Shown: positions 30,972-40,722, counted from the first letter of the stretch. The stretch: DNA of 63,847 nt from a virus (IMGVR_UViG_3300025608_000522:1-63847), one strand, 5' to 3'. Numbers and translations: made by a program. Notes: generated from the letters alone by a model not told the origin.

Positions 30972-31721
30972 ATGAAGGACCCATACAAATATGACAGCAA
31001 CGGTAATCTTCTTTACCATGCAGTAGATTTTAAAAAAGTTAATTATGCAACACTCTATGATGAAAATCCCGAAGAATGGACTCCGACTTCTGAAGACATT
31101 GCTTGCGAATTGCAACTATTAGGTCTAGGCGACTGGGAACCTTTAAAATTTGAGTTTAGTACTAAAGAATGGAACATTAATCAAAATAATTTGAAAAAGT
31201 ATTATACACCTTTTCAACCCAAAGAGGGTATACTGAATGACAGACACAGTGTTTTAATTTACGGCTTAGAAGGCGACCATCCCTCTCGTCCTACTGGATT
31301 AGATCAAATACGTAAAGAATTAGGATATATGCCGTTAGAAGAAGAATTTAAATATCCAACTAAAGCACATCCGTTATTAACTTCTTATCATCCCGTGTTT
31401 GACTTTTTTGGAGATATAGGAAGATCTTTTGTACTTAAACTAAATGCCGGCGGATTCTATCCATATCATAGAGATTTTCCATTTATTACTAGAAATACTA
31501 TAAGACTTATCGGTTTTCACGGACATTCTAATAATGATCAATTAGAATGGGAAGTAGCAGGTCAAAGACAACCGATAATGCCTAATACTTTATATTACGT
31601 AAATACAATGAAACGACATAGACTTAGTTCGTGGAAACACAATTCTGACATGGTCGTATTAAATATTCCAAAAACATGGACAAATGTTCTTAAATTAATG
31701 TCTGTATTAAATGGAGGATAA
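30972..31721 (+). CDS. Fe(II)/2OG-type (Asp/Asn beta-hydroxylase-like) oxygenase
   Basis: GGFYPYHRD (HxD) and distal YVNTMKRH. Confidence 0.6.
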   Translation: MKDPYKYDSNGNLLYHAVDFKKVNYATLYDENPEEWTPTSEDIACELQLLGLGDWEPLKFEFSTKEWNINQNNLKKYYTPFQPKEGILNDRHSVLIYGLEGDHPSRPTGLDQIRKELGYMPLEEEFKYPTKAHPLLTSYHPVFDFFGDIGRSFVLKLNAGGFYPYHRDFPFITRNTIRLIGFHGHSNNDQLEWEVAGQRQPIMPNTLYYVNTMKRHRLSSWKHNSDMVVLNIPKTWTNVLKLMSVLNGG

Positions 31722-31723
31722 AA

Positions 31724-32368
31724 ATGAATTTTGAGTTACTGCTTATTGCAGTTGTTGCAGGGATTATTTGGAGTCAAATAATCTCTCATTTTGGTGCTAG
31801 TATTTTACTGCATCGTTATTATTGCCATAAACAATTTCGTGTACCTGTTTGGTTTGAATGGCTAGGATTGTTTATGTTAAGTGTAGCATATATTAGAACT
31901 CCTATTGGGTGGATTGCTAGTCATAGGATGCATCATCATCATTCAGATAGCGAAAAAGATCCCCATAGTGCAAAGCATGTAGGATTTTGGAAAGTATTAC
32001 TAACTACGTGGAACATTCCTAGTATTCCGCCTAGATATGCAAAAGATTTATTTTCTAATCCTAGATTAGTTTTTTTTCATAAACATTATTTTAAAATTTT
32101 AATTGCACACAACATTATTAGTTTTATTATAAGTCCGTATTTTTGGCTGGCATATGCTGTTATACCGTTTGTATTTGCAAAAATAGGATTTGGTTTACTT
32201 AACACTGTAGGGCACAAAATAGAAGGCGGCGCAAACGTTCCGTGGCTTAACTTTTTTATTGCAGGCGAAGGTTATCATAGAGAGCATCATAAAGACTCTA
32301 ACCAGGTCAGACTACATAAATGGGACACAGGTGGTTGGATAGCAGAAAGATTATTTGTGAGATACTAA
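31724..32368 (+). CDS. Membrane fatty-acid desaturase (delta-9/DesC-like)
   Basis: Three His boxes HRYYCH, HRMHHHH(SD...DPH), GEGYHREHH; hydrophobic segments. Confidence 0.9.
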   Translation: MNFELLLIAVVAGIIWSQIISHFGASILLHRYYCHKQFRVPVWFEWLGLFMLSVAYIRTPIGWIASHRMHHHHSDSEKDPHSAKHVGFWKVLLTTWNIPSIPPRYAKDLFSNPRLVFFHKHYFKILIAHNIISFIISPYFWLAYAVIPFVFAKIGFGLLNTVGHKIEGGANVPWLNFFIAGEGYHREHHKDSNQVRLHKWDTGGWIAERLFVRY

Positions 32369-32982
32369 TGGAAAAAAAAGTTTTTTGGATAGATAATGCC
32401 ATAGATGAAAACATAATATATAAATTTGTCGATAGTGTTAATAAAGATTTATTTGTAGATGTAGGAAAATCTACGTATGCACAAACTCAGACAGACTTTC
32501 AAATTAAATATTATAAAGGAGACTTTCATACTAGCGACAACTACAAAGAAATTAGAGAAGCAGTATTTAAAAAAATTGAAGAATTATTAGGGTATGAAAT
32601 AACTCGTCCTAAAGTATCTAGAAACTGTTTTTTAAAATATAATGAACCGGGCATGCGGTCGGCTATGCACGTAGAACATGAAGATGTACATGGTCCTTTA
32701 GGATTTTTGTTTTACTTAACAACAGAAGATAGTGGATATGTTAAGTGGGTAGATAAAACTGCTGAAGAAAAATATTTCGAACAATATCCGAACGAAAAAG
32801 AAAAATTTATGGAAGATTATTCTAGTTATAGACAACTATACGGAAATATAGAAATACAACCTAAATTTAACAGACTAGCCATATTTGAAACATTAGGATC
32901 GCATTACGTAGACACCTTAATAGACAGTAATAATGATTTACCGAGATTGTGTATTATGGGATGGCCCTATTGTAAAGTTTAA
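32368..32982 (+). CDS. Fe(II)/2OG-dependent oxygenase
   Basis: MHVE...FLFYL...PKFNRLAIF...HYV...R; start at the TAATG overlap 32368. Confidence 0.65.
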   Translation: MEKKVFWIDNAIDENIIYKFVDSVNKDLFVDVGKSTYAQTQTDFQIKYYKGDFHTSDNYKEIREAVFKKIEELLGYEITRPKVSRNCFLKYNEPGMRSAMHVEHEDVHGPLGFLFYLTTEDSGYVKWVDKTAEEKYFEQYPNEKEKFMEDYSSYRQLYGNIEIQPKFNRLAIFETLGSHYVDTLIDSNNDLPRLCIMGWPYCKV

Positions 32983-32991
32983 GGATCTTAG

Positions 32992-33861
32992 ATGAAAATT
33001 ATTGATAAAAGTGATCTTCGAAAAAAGTTACAACAAGGTGACAAAAGTTATAATTACGGACTGTTTGAAAATATTAACGAAGAACAGGCTAAAAAATCTG
33101 TTAAAGAAATTTTAGATTACGAACAAAAATTTCCTTATAGTAAAATAACAAAAGAAATTCCACATATTAAATTAAACATTCCAAAATTTGATGTAACAAA
33201 AGCAAAAGAAGAATTAGACGAAGCTATAGGAAATGCATATGTTCCTATTAATATGAGTAACACCAAAGAAACTGCCGAGCACGGTCCCAACTTTCAGCGT
33301 CACTGGGCCGCAAGGGCAATAGTTAATTATACTCCGCATAGTCATTTATGGTTTAATAAACAGAGTAAAGAGTGTGCAACTTGGGAATATCCTAACTTAC
33401 AACCTCGAGCATCAAAAATTATAGATCAAGTTCCTAGATTAAATTTAGAAGATATGGAATATTATAAAACTGATCTTTATAATAAATTATCGTATATAAC
33501 TGATTATATTTTTAAAAATATTTGCGAAGAAAGTTACAGAATCTTTGTTTGGAAAATCGGTAAAGAAGGTTATTTAAATTGGCACAATCATGCCAGATTG
33601 CCTTGGCATAACGATGTAATTGCGAATGATAAAGCTATTGTGCATATTCCAGTAATTAGTGATCCTAAGATTCGTATGCTAGTAAGGACAGACGATCAAA
33701 AAATTTATAGTGAATATTATAAACCTGGAAATGCATATGTTTTTAATAACATTAAAGATCATGCTGTAGAAAATAATTCAACAATTGATCGTATACACAT
33801 TGTTGCATTTGTTCCTTATCACGATAAAAAATTTATAGAACTACTTGATAGAAGCATATGA
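32992..33861 (+). CDS. Asp/Asn beta-hydroxylase-like oxygenase
   Basis: WHNH, VHIPV, PGNAYVFN...HAVEN...RIHIV. Confidence 0.65.
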   Translation: MKIIDKSDLRKKLQQGDKSYNYGLFENINEEQAKKSVKEILDYEQKFPYSKITKEIPHIKLNIPKFDVTKAKEELDEAIGNAYVPINMSNTKETAEHGPNFQRHWAARAIVNYTPHSHLWFNKQSKECATWEYPNLQPRASKIIDQVPRLNLEDMEYYKTDLYNKLSYITDYIFKNICEESYRIFVWKIGKEGYLNWHNHARLPWHNDVIANDKAIVHIPVISDPKIRMLVRTDDQKIYSEYYKPGNAYVFNNIKDHAVENNSTIDRIHIVAFVPYHDKKFIELLDRSI

Positions 33862-35420
33862 CTGATATTTTACTGTGCGCAATACCAAAACATGGTGTTA
33901 ACGTACCTCCTTTAGCAATAGCATATTTGCAAGGAGTGTGCAAATTGCATGGGTTTAAAACTGATGTAAAGGATTTTAATCTAGAACTTTGGAAAAATAC
34001 AATACACACAGAATGGTGGGAGATATGGAAAGAGTCTAACGAAACTCTTTATAAAGGAAAAAAGTTTTACGAATTTTATAATGATGTTTACAAAAATTAT
34101 ATAGATAAATGGGCAAAAGAAATAGCAGAACATCCTGCTAAATTTGTAGGAATTAGTTGTTTTAGCTATAGAAGCTTGCCTACGCTAAAATATCTATCTC
34201 CCCTTATTCGAAAATACAATCCGAATAAAAAAATTATTGTTGGCGGCAGTCCTATATATACATATCATAAATGGATTATAAAGAATAATTTAGCAGATTA
34301 TGCTGTATCAAACGAAGGCGAAAACGCCCTTCTTGATATTTTATATGAAAATTGCAACCCTGGACATATTATTAAACCTCAAATACAAGACTTGAACTCA
34401 TTACCACAACCTGATTACACAGGGTTAAACTTTGAAGATTATGTTCCTAGAGACCCAGGCGGACTACGAGTTAGAGACAAAGATTATATCCGTGACTCGT
34501 ATGAAGCAGGTATTATGGGCAGTAGGGGCTGTGTAAGGCGCTGTACATTCTGTGATGTAGAAACATTTTATCCTAAATTTCGTTGGAGAAGTGCCAAAAG
34601 TATTTACGATGAAATGTTGCATCTTCTCGATAAAGGAATAAACCATATATACTTTTTCGACAGTCTTATTAACGGCAATCAAAAAGAATTAGAAAAGTTG
34701 TGTGATTTAATTATTGCTGACGGATCAAAGTTTGACAGTATCAAAGGACTAGGCATCATTAAACAAATGCCTGAAAGACTTTACGAAAAAATGCATCGTG
34801 CAAACTTTAAACAAATTATGATTGGCATAGAAAGTTTTAGTCCTAAATTACGCAAGGATATGAACAAAGGGTTTACTGACGAGTTGCTAAAGGAAAATCT
34901 AGATATGTATGCAAAGTACAATATTAATATTGCTTTGTTGCTAATTGTCGGATATCCTACGCAAACAGAAGAAGATCATTTAGAAGAATATCGTTGGATG
35001 CGTAATAACAAACACTACGCTAACAATCCTGTTGTCCGTGTAGAGATTGGTGGCACTATGTTAATACTGCCAGGTGCTCCGGTGTTTAAGAAAAAAATGT
35101 ACGATCTATATCTTGACAAAAACAAAGATTGGGTAAGTTTTCCTAGTGGAGAGTCTAATACAATGGAAGTTCGTGTAAGACGTAGAGAAGAAATAGAACG
35201 CTGGGCAGGCGAATTTGGATTTAGAGTAGGAAGTACATACGGCGAAGGAGGACAGATGATCGGTGATCCTGAAAAGGGAACAAATGCAGACTATCAACGT
35301 CCTCAAGATAATTTAGTATCTCTTTACCATTCAGATACAGACACAGACGAAGATAAAGAATTTAAAGATTTTATAGGCTGGGAAAGCGATCCTTTAAGAC
35401 CTACACATAAACAGGATTAA
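33858..35420 (+). CDS. Cobalamin-binding (class B) radical SAM enzyme
   Basis: PPLAIAYL, VGIS, IVGG, EGE, SRGCVRRCTFC, DSLING, GIESFS, VGYPTQT. Confidence 0.9.
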   Translation: MTDILLCAIPKHGVNVPPLAIAYLQGVCKLHGFKTDVKDFNLELWKNTIHTEWWEIWKESNETLYKGKKFYEFYNDVYKNYIDKWAKEIAEHPAKFVGISCFSYRSLPTLKYLSPLIRKYNPNKKIIVGGSPIYTYHKWIIKNNLADYAVSNEGENALLDILYENCNPGHIIKPQIQDLNSLPQPDYTGLNFEDYVPRDPGGLRVRDKDYIRDSYEAGIMGSRGCVRRCTFCDVETFYPKFRWRSAKSIYDEMLHLLDKGINHIYFFDSLINGNQKELEKLCDLIIADGSKFDSIKGLGIIKQMPERLYEKMHRANFKQIMIGIESFSPKLRKDMNKGFTDELLKENLDMYAKYNINIALLLIVGYPTQTEEDHLEEYRWMRNNKHYANNPVVRVEIGGTMLILPGAPVFKKKMYDLYLDKNKDWVSFPSGESNTMEVRVRRREEIERWAGEFGFRVGSTYGEGGQMIGDPEKGTNADYQRPQDNLVSLYHSDTDTDEDKEFKDFIGWESDPLRPTHKQD

Positions 35421-35423
35421 AGT

Positions 35424-36038
35424 ATGAAACTAAAACATATTCAATTTGAAATACCTCAATGCGATAGGATAGGAATATCATTTTCAGCTGGTCTTGATTC
35501 TACATTGTTGTTATCTATGATAATATTAGAGCTAAAACAAACATTAAGAGAAGATTTACCGATAATTGCATTTACTACATTTAAAGAAACGGGTGAGCCT
35601 GAATATACTGAACGGATGATATCTTTATTAGAGAAACACTTTGATAAAAGAATAACACATATAAATTCTATTCCTAACAAAGAAGAATACGAAAAGGCCG
35701 GATTAGCAGATCCAGAGAACATTCAAAAAGTTTATGATTTATATAACGGAAATATTAAAATTTATGTAGCTGTAAATAATTCAAACGATTGTCCGGTTAA
35801 GTTACCTTTTGAATACTCTAAGCATACAACTTTCGAATCTCCGTTTCTAGATTTATCTAAAACACAACTTTTAGAATCTTTATATGAATTAGAGCTAGAC
35901 AAATTTATTCCGTATACCCATACTTGCTCTAGACAAAAGCATGGCAATTGTAATATTTGTTATTCGTGTCAAGAAAGAAAGTGGGCATATGAAACTTTAG
36001 GAATAGAAAATCCTAACACTATTTCGTTAGAAGATTAA
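35424..36038 (+). CDS. queC: QueC-like PP-loop ATPase (7-cyano-7-deazaguanine synthase-like)
   Basis: SAGLDS PP-loop, PFLDLSK, THTC-x7-C-x2-C-x2-C-xER Zn motif; shorter than typical QueC and located away from folE/queE. Confidence 0.6.
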   Translation: MKLKHIQFEIPQCDRIGISFSAGLDSTLLLSMIILELKQTLREDLPIIAFTTFKETGEPEYTERMISLLEKHFDKRITHINSIPNKEEYEKAGLADPENIQKVYDLYNGNIKIYVAVNNSNDCPVKLPFEYSKHTTFESPFLDLSKTQLLESLYELELDKFIPYTHTCSRQKHGNCNICYSCQERKWAYETLGIENPNTISLED

Positions 36039-36537
36039 CAATCTCTTCATAAGATTTATCAAAAATACTTATTTTAAACAATATTCTAGGTAAGTCACTG
36101 TCATTTGGAACACTATGATACTTGGTAACATCTAGTACTGCTGCTCGATATTCAAACTCGTTATATGTTTTTGGAGGAGGTCCTTCTAGATCTTCTCCTG
36201 TTACACTAAATTGTACTCGAGCATTATTACCATTAAGTACATAGTTAATTGCACACTTGGTACCTGCATCAGTGTGCCACCATAATTGTCTATTAGGTTT
36301 GAGCCAATAATATCTTGCTCTTGCATCTGCTTGAAAGAACTCTGACCATCTTTTAGTTTCTTCTTTTAAAAATTCTGTATCTCTAATAATTTTAAAGTAG
36401 GTTTTAGGAGCTCGTAGTCGTCCATCGGTTAAACATGCAGATTGTTGTTCAAAATTGTTCCAGAAGTCTTTTAGATATTTCTCTTTGTCTAAGTTAAAAG
36501 GTATTTGAGTAACGGGTAACATATTCAATGCCTTCAT
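36019..36537 (-). CDS. Fe(II)/2OG-type cupin oxygenase
   Basis: WHTD...AINYVL...HSV.N...PR. Confidence 0.55.
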   Translation of the reverse strand: MKALNMLPVTQIPFNLDKEKYLKDFWNNFEQQSACLTDGRLRAPKTYFKIIRDTEFLKEETKRWSEFFQADARARYYWLKPNRQLWWHTDAGTKCAINYVLNGNNARVQFSVTGEDLEGPPPKTYNEFEYRAAVLDVTKYHSVPNDSDLPRILFKISIFDKSYEEIVNLLTK

Positions 36538-36991
36538 CTATTGAGCAGTCTAAATCGAACTGCATATTAATCCTAGGTTGACCGTTTCCTTTTACAGTAT
36601 GTGTAATAGTAGTATCTGTAAGAATCGGGCCGTAATAATATATATCTATTTCTTTTCCGTTTATTATGTAAGTAATTGGATTATAATCTAAAATAGGAAA
36701 GATAGGAAACAAAACACAGCTACGTCTTTCGTAATCTTTATGCGGCCTAAAATTAAAATTTGGATCAAATTTAGCTATTTGTATTTTATTATAATCTATT
36801 TGAAAGATATCGGAAAGACGCTTTATTTCTTTACAGTTAAATAAATCTTTATTATATCTATATGCTGAATACCCTGGAATAATTTCGTCGCTTTTTCTAC
36901 TTTTTACTGAACTCCAGTTAGTAATGCTGTTGGTAAAATTTAAAAGTTCAGAACGATTATAGTAAAGATTTAAATATTCATAGAATTTCAT
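36494..36991 (-). CDS. Fe(II)/2OG-type cupin oxygenase
   Basis: RPHKD...LFPI...HTV...PRINMQ. Confidence 0.55.
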   Translation of the reverse strand: MKFYEYLNLYYNRSELLNFTNSITNWSSVKSRKSDEIIPGYSAYRYNKDLFNCKEIKRLSDIFQIDYNKIQIAKFDPNFNFRPHKDYERRSCVLFPIFPILDYNPITYIINGKEIDIYYYGPILTDTTITHTVKGNGQPRINMQFDLDCSIDEGIEYVTRYSNTF

Positions 36992-37820
36992 TTTTTATAA
37001 AGTCCAATACATGCTGCGAACTCTCAGGAGAATATTCAACTCTTACTCCTTTGTGTCTTTCTATATCGATATTATTATTTTTGGCAATGCTTCCTAATTG
37101 ATTTTTTAATTCTTCACTGTCGTAATCGGGCAAATCTACGCTGCTAATATTTATAACATGGTCGTGTGTTCCTGAAACACCGGGTTTAAAGAAACTATGG
37201 TGCGTATCTTTTAAAATATCAATGCCTGCACATTGTTCTTCGGAAAATCTTTTAGCATGTCTCGCCGGAGTCCAATTATCATCTTCACCTACAAATATAT
37301 GTATTTTAGATCCGTCTGCATTATAGAAGTCACTTTCGTATGGATGTAAACTAGGATATAAACAATAACTTTTTTCTATCCATTGTGTATAATCTTTGTA
37401 TCGGTCTGTGTGAAATCGTATACCTACAGTTCCGCCGTCACTGAATCCTACAGTGTAGTGCTTGTCCCCGGCAAATGGAAATATATCTTCCTTAATTTTA
37501 TCAAACTTCATTTTAGCACCAACTATGTCTTCAGTACGCATATGAGTGTCAATTATACGACGGTCTGTACCGTCCCATTGATGTTTAAACATTCCTCTGC
37601 CAGTGTAGCTATCGACAATAGCAATAGTAATAGGAAACTCTCTTGCCCATTCTAAAAATATATCTTCGCTAGAACTAACACCGCCAGAACCGTGTATTAC
37701 CCATAATACAGGTTGATTCTTTATGCTTTGATCTCCAGTGTAAATCATAACAGAAACGTCTTCACCGCTGCATTGACGCTTCATATTATAGATTCCGGTT
37801 TTACTACTCTTTACTGCCAT
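36978..37820 (-). CDS. Dienelactone-hydrolase-like alpha/beta hydrolase
   Basis: HGSGG, GFSDGG nucleophile elbow, GEDDNWTP, HHSF. Confidence 0.8.
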   Translation of the reverse strand: MAVKSSKTGIYNMKRQCSGEDVSVMIYTGDQSIKNQPVLWVIHGSGGVSSSEDIFLEWAREFPITIAIVDSYTGRGMFKHQWDGTDRRIIDTHMRTEDIVGAKMKFDKIKEDIFPFAGDKHYTVGFSDGGTVGIRFHTDRYKDYTQWIEKSYCLYPSLHPYESDFYNADGSKIHIFVGEDDNWTPARHAKRFSEEQCAGIDILKDTHHSFFKPGVSGTHDHVINISSVDLPDYDSEELKNQLGSIAKNNNIDIERHKGVRVEYSPESSQHVLDFIKNEIL

Positions 37821-38280
37821 CGAACATCCTTATTACATACTGTTCTATTCTTTTATTATGCGGCATTGGCTCATAAGTTATTTTCCAATTATACTTTGAG
37901 TGCTTACAAAAGTATTCTAGCATCTTTGGACTTTCTTCTCTACTCATCCAAATATTAGTATAACCTTGTGATAGTGCTTCTTCGGCTAGTGCATCTAAAG
38001 TTCCAACACCACGTTTTAAATCATCTTTTAGACTGCCAAAGTTATGATCTCTATCTCTAGTGTGTCTAGTCATTATCCTTATCGAACCATTGTATTCAGG
38101 TCGTTCAACGCCTGCACTATAATATACTAGATGGGGATCCCATCCTAATCTAGCAAATTTAGTGTATTCGAATAAAGGCTCTTTGAGATAGTTATCTGCA
38201 TGTTTATGATCTGCATTTTTTACAAACAGAGACTTAATTTCTTCTAAGTGTTCGTTAATTGAGCAAATTTTCCAGATCAT
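37804..38280 (-). CDS. Hypothetical protein, possibly GNAT-fold
   Basis: 158-aa coupled ORF; ALSQGYTNIWMSRE resembles a GNAT strand. Confidence 0.45.
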   Translation of the reverse strand: MIWKICSINEHLEEIKSLFVKNADHKHADNYLKEPLFEYTKFARLGWDPHLVYYSAGVERPEYNGSIRIMTRHTRDRDHNFGSLKDDLKRGVGTLDALAEEALSQGYTNIWMSREESPKMLEYFCKHSKYNWKITYEPMPHNKRIEQYVIRMFDGSKE

Positions 38281-38872
38281 CTGTACCTTCCAAACTAAAC
38301 ATCAATGCAATTCTTGGCTTGTCACTACGATTGAAAACAGCATGTGGATACCCTATATTTAAGAAATATGCATGCCCCGGTTTTAGTATATACTCTTCAA
38401 TTTCTCCGTCACGTCTAAATTGATTAATTACTAAATCGTCGCTGTAAATGGGGCATATACAGCGCACAGCGTAGCTTACATCGTAGTCTACATGGAATGG
38501 TATCTCTTTGCCAGCAGCAAGTTTTGTGATGCGTACACGGCTTGCAGACGCTGTTAATTGCTCTACAATTTCTTGAAAATAACTTCCTTTGTAATCTGTT
38601 GTAGGGACCTTGTATAAATGCTCTTCTCGACGCTTAAGACGTTCTTTAATACTTGTAGTATAAGGAAGAAGTTCAGTAGGTTCTGTTAAGTTGATCTGTT
38701 CAAAATTATCGTATACACTTTTAACAAGTTCCATGTGATTATCGCAGAGCATAGGATTAGCAGTTCTAACATCTACAAACTTTTCTGCCAATTTGTCGGT
38801 TTCTTGTTGTAACTTTTTTAAATCTATATTTAAATGTAGGTCTGCTATAGTTGGTAATTCATGTTTTTTCAT
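38255..38872 (-). CDS. Asp/Asn beta-hydroxylase-like Fe(II)/2OG oxygenase
   Basis: RVRITKL...IPFHVD...PI...GHAYFLN...HAVFN...PRIAL. Confidence 0.75.
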   Translation of the reverse strand: MKKHELPTIADLHLNIDLKKLQQETDKLAEKFVDVRTANPMLCDNHMELVKSVYDNFEQINLTEPTELLPYTTSIKERLKRREEHLYKVPTTDYKGSYFQEIVEQLTASASRVRITKLAAGKEIPFHVDYDVSYAVRCICPIYSDDLVINQFRRDGEIEEYILKPGHAYFLNIGYPHAVFNRSDKPRIALMFSLEGTDDLENLLN

Positions 38873-39629
38873 TATATACTCCTGAGAGACATAGTCTTGC
38901 TATGTCGTCTGATCTCCTAAATTTTTTATATATAGCATCTTTACTTGTTGCTATCCAGACACTATCACTTGGTATCATATTTAATTCATTACATATTGTT
39001 TTTTGTTGATTGTGATAGGTATCATATACAAATTCAATATTGAAGTTTTTTATAATTTGTTCTGCTACTTGAGTTGCATAATAGTTATAATACTTTGCAC
39101 CATAAATTAACGCACCTAACCTGTGATCTTTTTTACGAGTAAACAACCATCCTGTTCTTACATTTCGTACTCCGAATGGTTTACTTAAACTATAAAAAAC
39201 ATATTCTACGTTATCACTAATATCTATTTTTTGTATCTTTGTGCTGCCTACATATGCTAAATCTAATGCCACTGGTATATTGTTTGGAACTTCTTTAAAG
39301 TTTCCATCTATTGCACTTGGTATACTAATATATTGTATTTGTCCATTGCCGGCTCTAGGTTTAACCCATTGATAATCACCTTCTGCCATTCTGATAGCTC
39401 TAGTTTCATTTGCCATCCACCAGTTAAGACCTTCAGTTACTCCGTTCGTGGGATATACATAAAACTCGCTTAGATCTATAATAGGCTTAAGCCATTCTAT
39501 AATACTTGTTTTATATTCAGTAACACTATTTAAATCTGGAATAATATTTGAAACGCAAGAATGCACACTAGGATGAACTAGTGTGCGTACTGCGTTAGAA
39601 TTGGAAAGTATTTTTTCTTCTATAAGCAC
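38859..39629 (-). CDS. Compact PLP-dependent (fold type I) enzyme
   Basis: NGVTEGL, PSAIDG, LDLAY, YSLSKPFG...RTG. Confidence 0.7.
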   Translation of the reverse strand: MLIEEKILSNSNAVRTLVHPSVHSCVSNIIPDLNSVTEYKTSIIEWLKPIIDLSEFYVYPTNGVTEGLNWWMANETRAIRMAEGDYQWVKPRAGNGQIQYISIPSAIDGNFKEVPNNIPVALDLAYVGSTKIQKIDISDNVEYVFYSLSKPFGVRNVRTGWLFTRKKDHRLGALIYGAKYYNYYATQVAEQIIKNFNIEFVYDTYHNQQKTICNELNMIPSDSVWIATSKDAIYKKFRRSDDIARLCLSGVYNEKT

Positions 39630-39634
39630 ATATG

Positions 39635-39641
39635 TACTTAT
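39635..39641 (-). promoter_or_regulatory. Possible late-promoter variant ATAAGTA
   Basis: ATAAGTA 5 nt before GTG 39629, same spacing as the TATAAATA at 30959. Confidence 0.4.
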
Positions 39642-40690
39642 TAAGACGCTGCCGTTCCGTCGTCTAGATTGATCCAGCCGCCGCTTTGATAGCCTTCAAA
39701 TTTGTTGTTGGTAGTATTATAGATGACCATGCCGTTTGCAGCAGTTAGTGCATTGCGCTCGGTGGTAGTTAAGCTACCAAACTGTGTATATCCGTCAGTT
39801 ACATGCAAGTTTCCGGCAACATCAACTTTTGCATTAGTAGCAGGAGCAAATGTACCAAATGCAAATTGACCGTCTTTAACAAACATATTTAATGACGGAC
39901 TAGTATGTGTGCCATTGGTATCGTGTGATAATGCAAATCCGTCTTGATAACCTGAAATAGAAGCGGTTTCTACAATACCACTAATATCGTTTCGTCCAAA
40001 TAATATACGGCCGTATTGAATTGCATCTCCGCTAATATCTGCAGCAGCCGATCTTAATAATCTAAACTCACTAGTTTCATTAAGTGTGTCTATGTTTAAA
40101 TTTACAGGTTGTCCTGATATGTCTGTTTTAATTTGTAATATCGGAGTACGAATCACATCAGTATGCACATCGCCTGTTATTCCGTCTATAACTATTGAAC
40201 TATTATCTGCAAAAACACTACCAGTAATATCACCGTCTAACGTACCGACTACGTTACCAATTACATTACCTGTTACACTTCCTGTAAATGTACCTGTATG
40301 ATCGCCGTCTGCATTACCAGTTACGTCACCGATTAAATCACCAACAATAGCGGTATCAGTAACAATAGGACCAACAATAACGCTGTTGTCTGTGTCAACA
40401 AGTAGTGTAGAATCTTCACCGTATACATTGCCTGTCTTATCTGGTGAAGGAGCATTAATCCATTGTGTACCGTCGTATTGTATTACATCGCCGGGATTGG
40501 GAGCTACAACAACAACGTTACCTAAATCGTCAATGTTTAATGCAGCACCACTAACCGGTAACCCGCCTACTGTTGTTCCGTCGCCGACCCATACTGCTTT
40601 AGTATCGGTAGTGTAGATAAGCTCGCCCGCTTCGGGCGGCGTCATAATAAGACGTTCTGCGTCAGTGCCTCTTCTTAGTCGTAGCGCCAT
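39641..40690 (-). CDS. Fibre-like virion structural protein
   Basis: MALRLRRGT...GELIYTTDT...VGDG N-terminus typical of phage fibres; GxVxG repeats; LTTTERNAL...GMVIYNTT C-terminus. Confidence 0.7.
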   Translation of the reverse strand: MALRLRRGTDAERLIMTPPEAGELIYTTDTKAVWVGDGTTVGGLPVSGAALNIDDLGNVVVVAPNPGDVIQYDGTQWINAPSPDKTGNVYGEDSTLLVDTDNSVIVGPIVTDTAIVGDLIGDVTGNADGDHTGTFTGSVTGNVIGNVVGTLDGDITGSVFADNSSIVIDGITGDVHTDVIRTPILQIKTDISGQPVNLNIDTLNETSEFRLLRSAAADISGDAIQYGRILFGRNDISGIVETASISGYQDGFALSHDTNGTHTSPSLNMFVKDGQFAFGTFAPATNAKVDVAGNLHVTDGYTQFGSLTTTERNALTAANGMVIYNTTNNKFEGYQSGGWINLDDGTAAS

Positions 40691-40722
40691 TTACATAAAC
40701 TCCTGAATCTTAATTGCTATTG

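Noticed and set aside
40625-40637. GC-rich hairpin GCCCG-CTT-CGGGC
   Set aside because: Inside the fibre coding sequence with no U-tract; probably incidental
39641-40690. Mtd-like N-terminus suggesting a diversity-generating retroelement target
   Set aside because: No reverse transcriptase, no template/variable repeat pair and no C-type-lectin-like tip seen in the window
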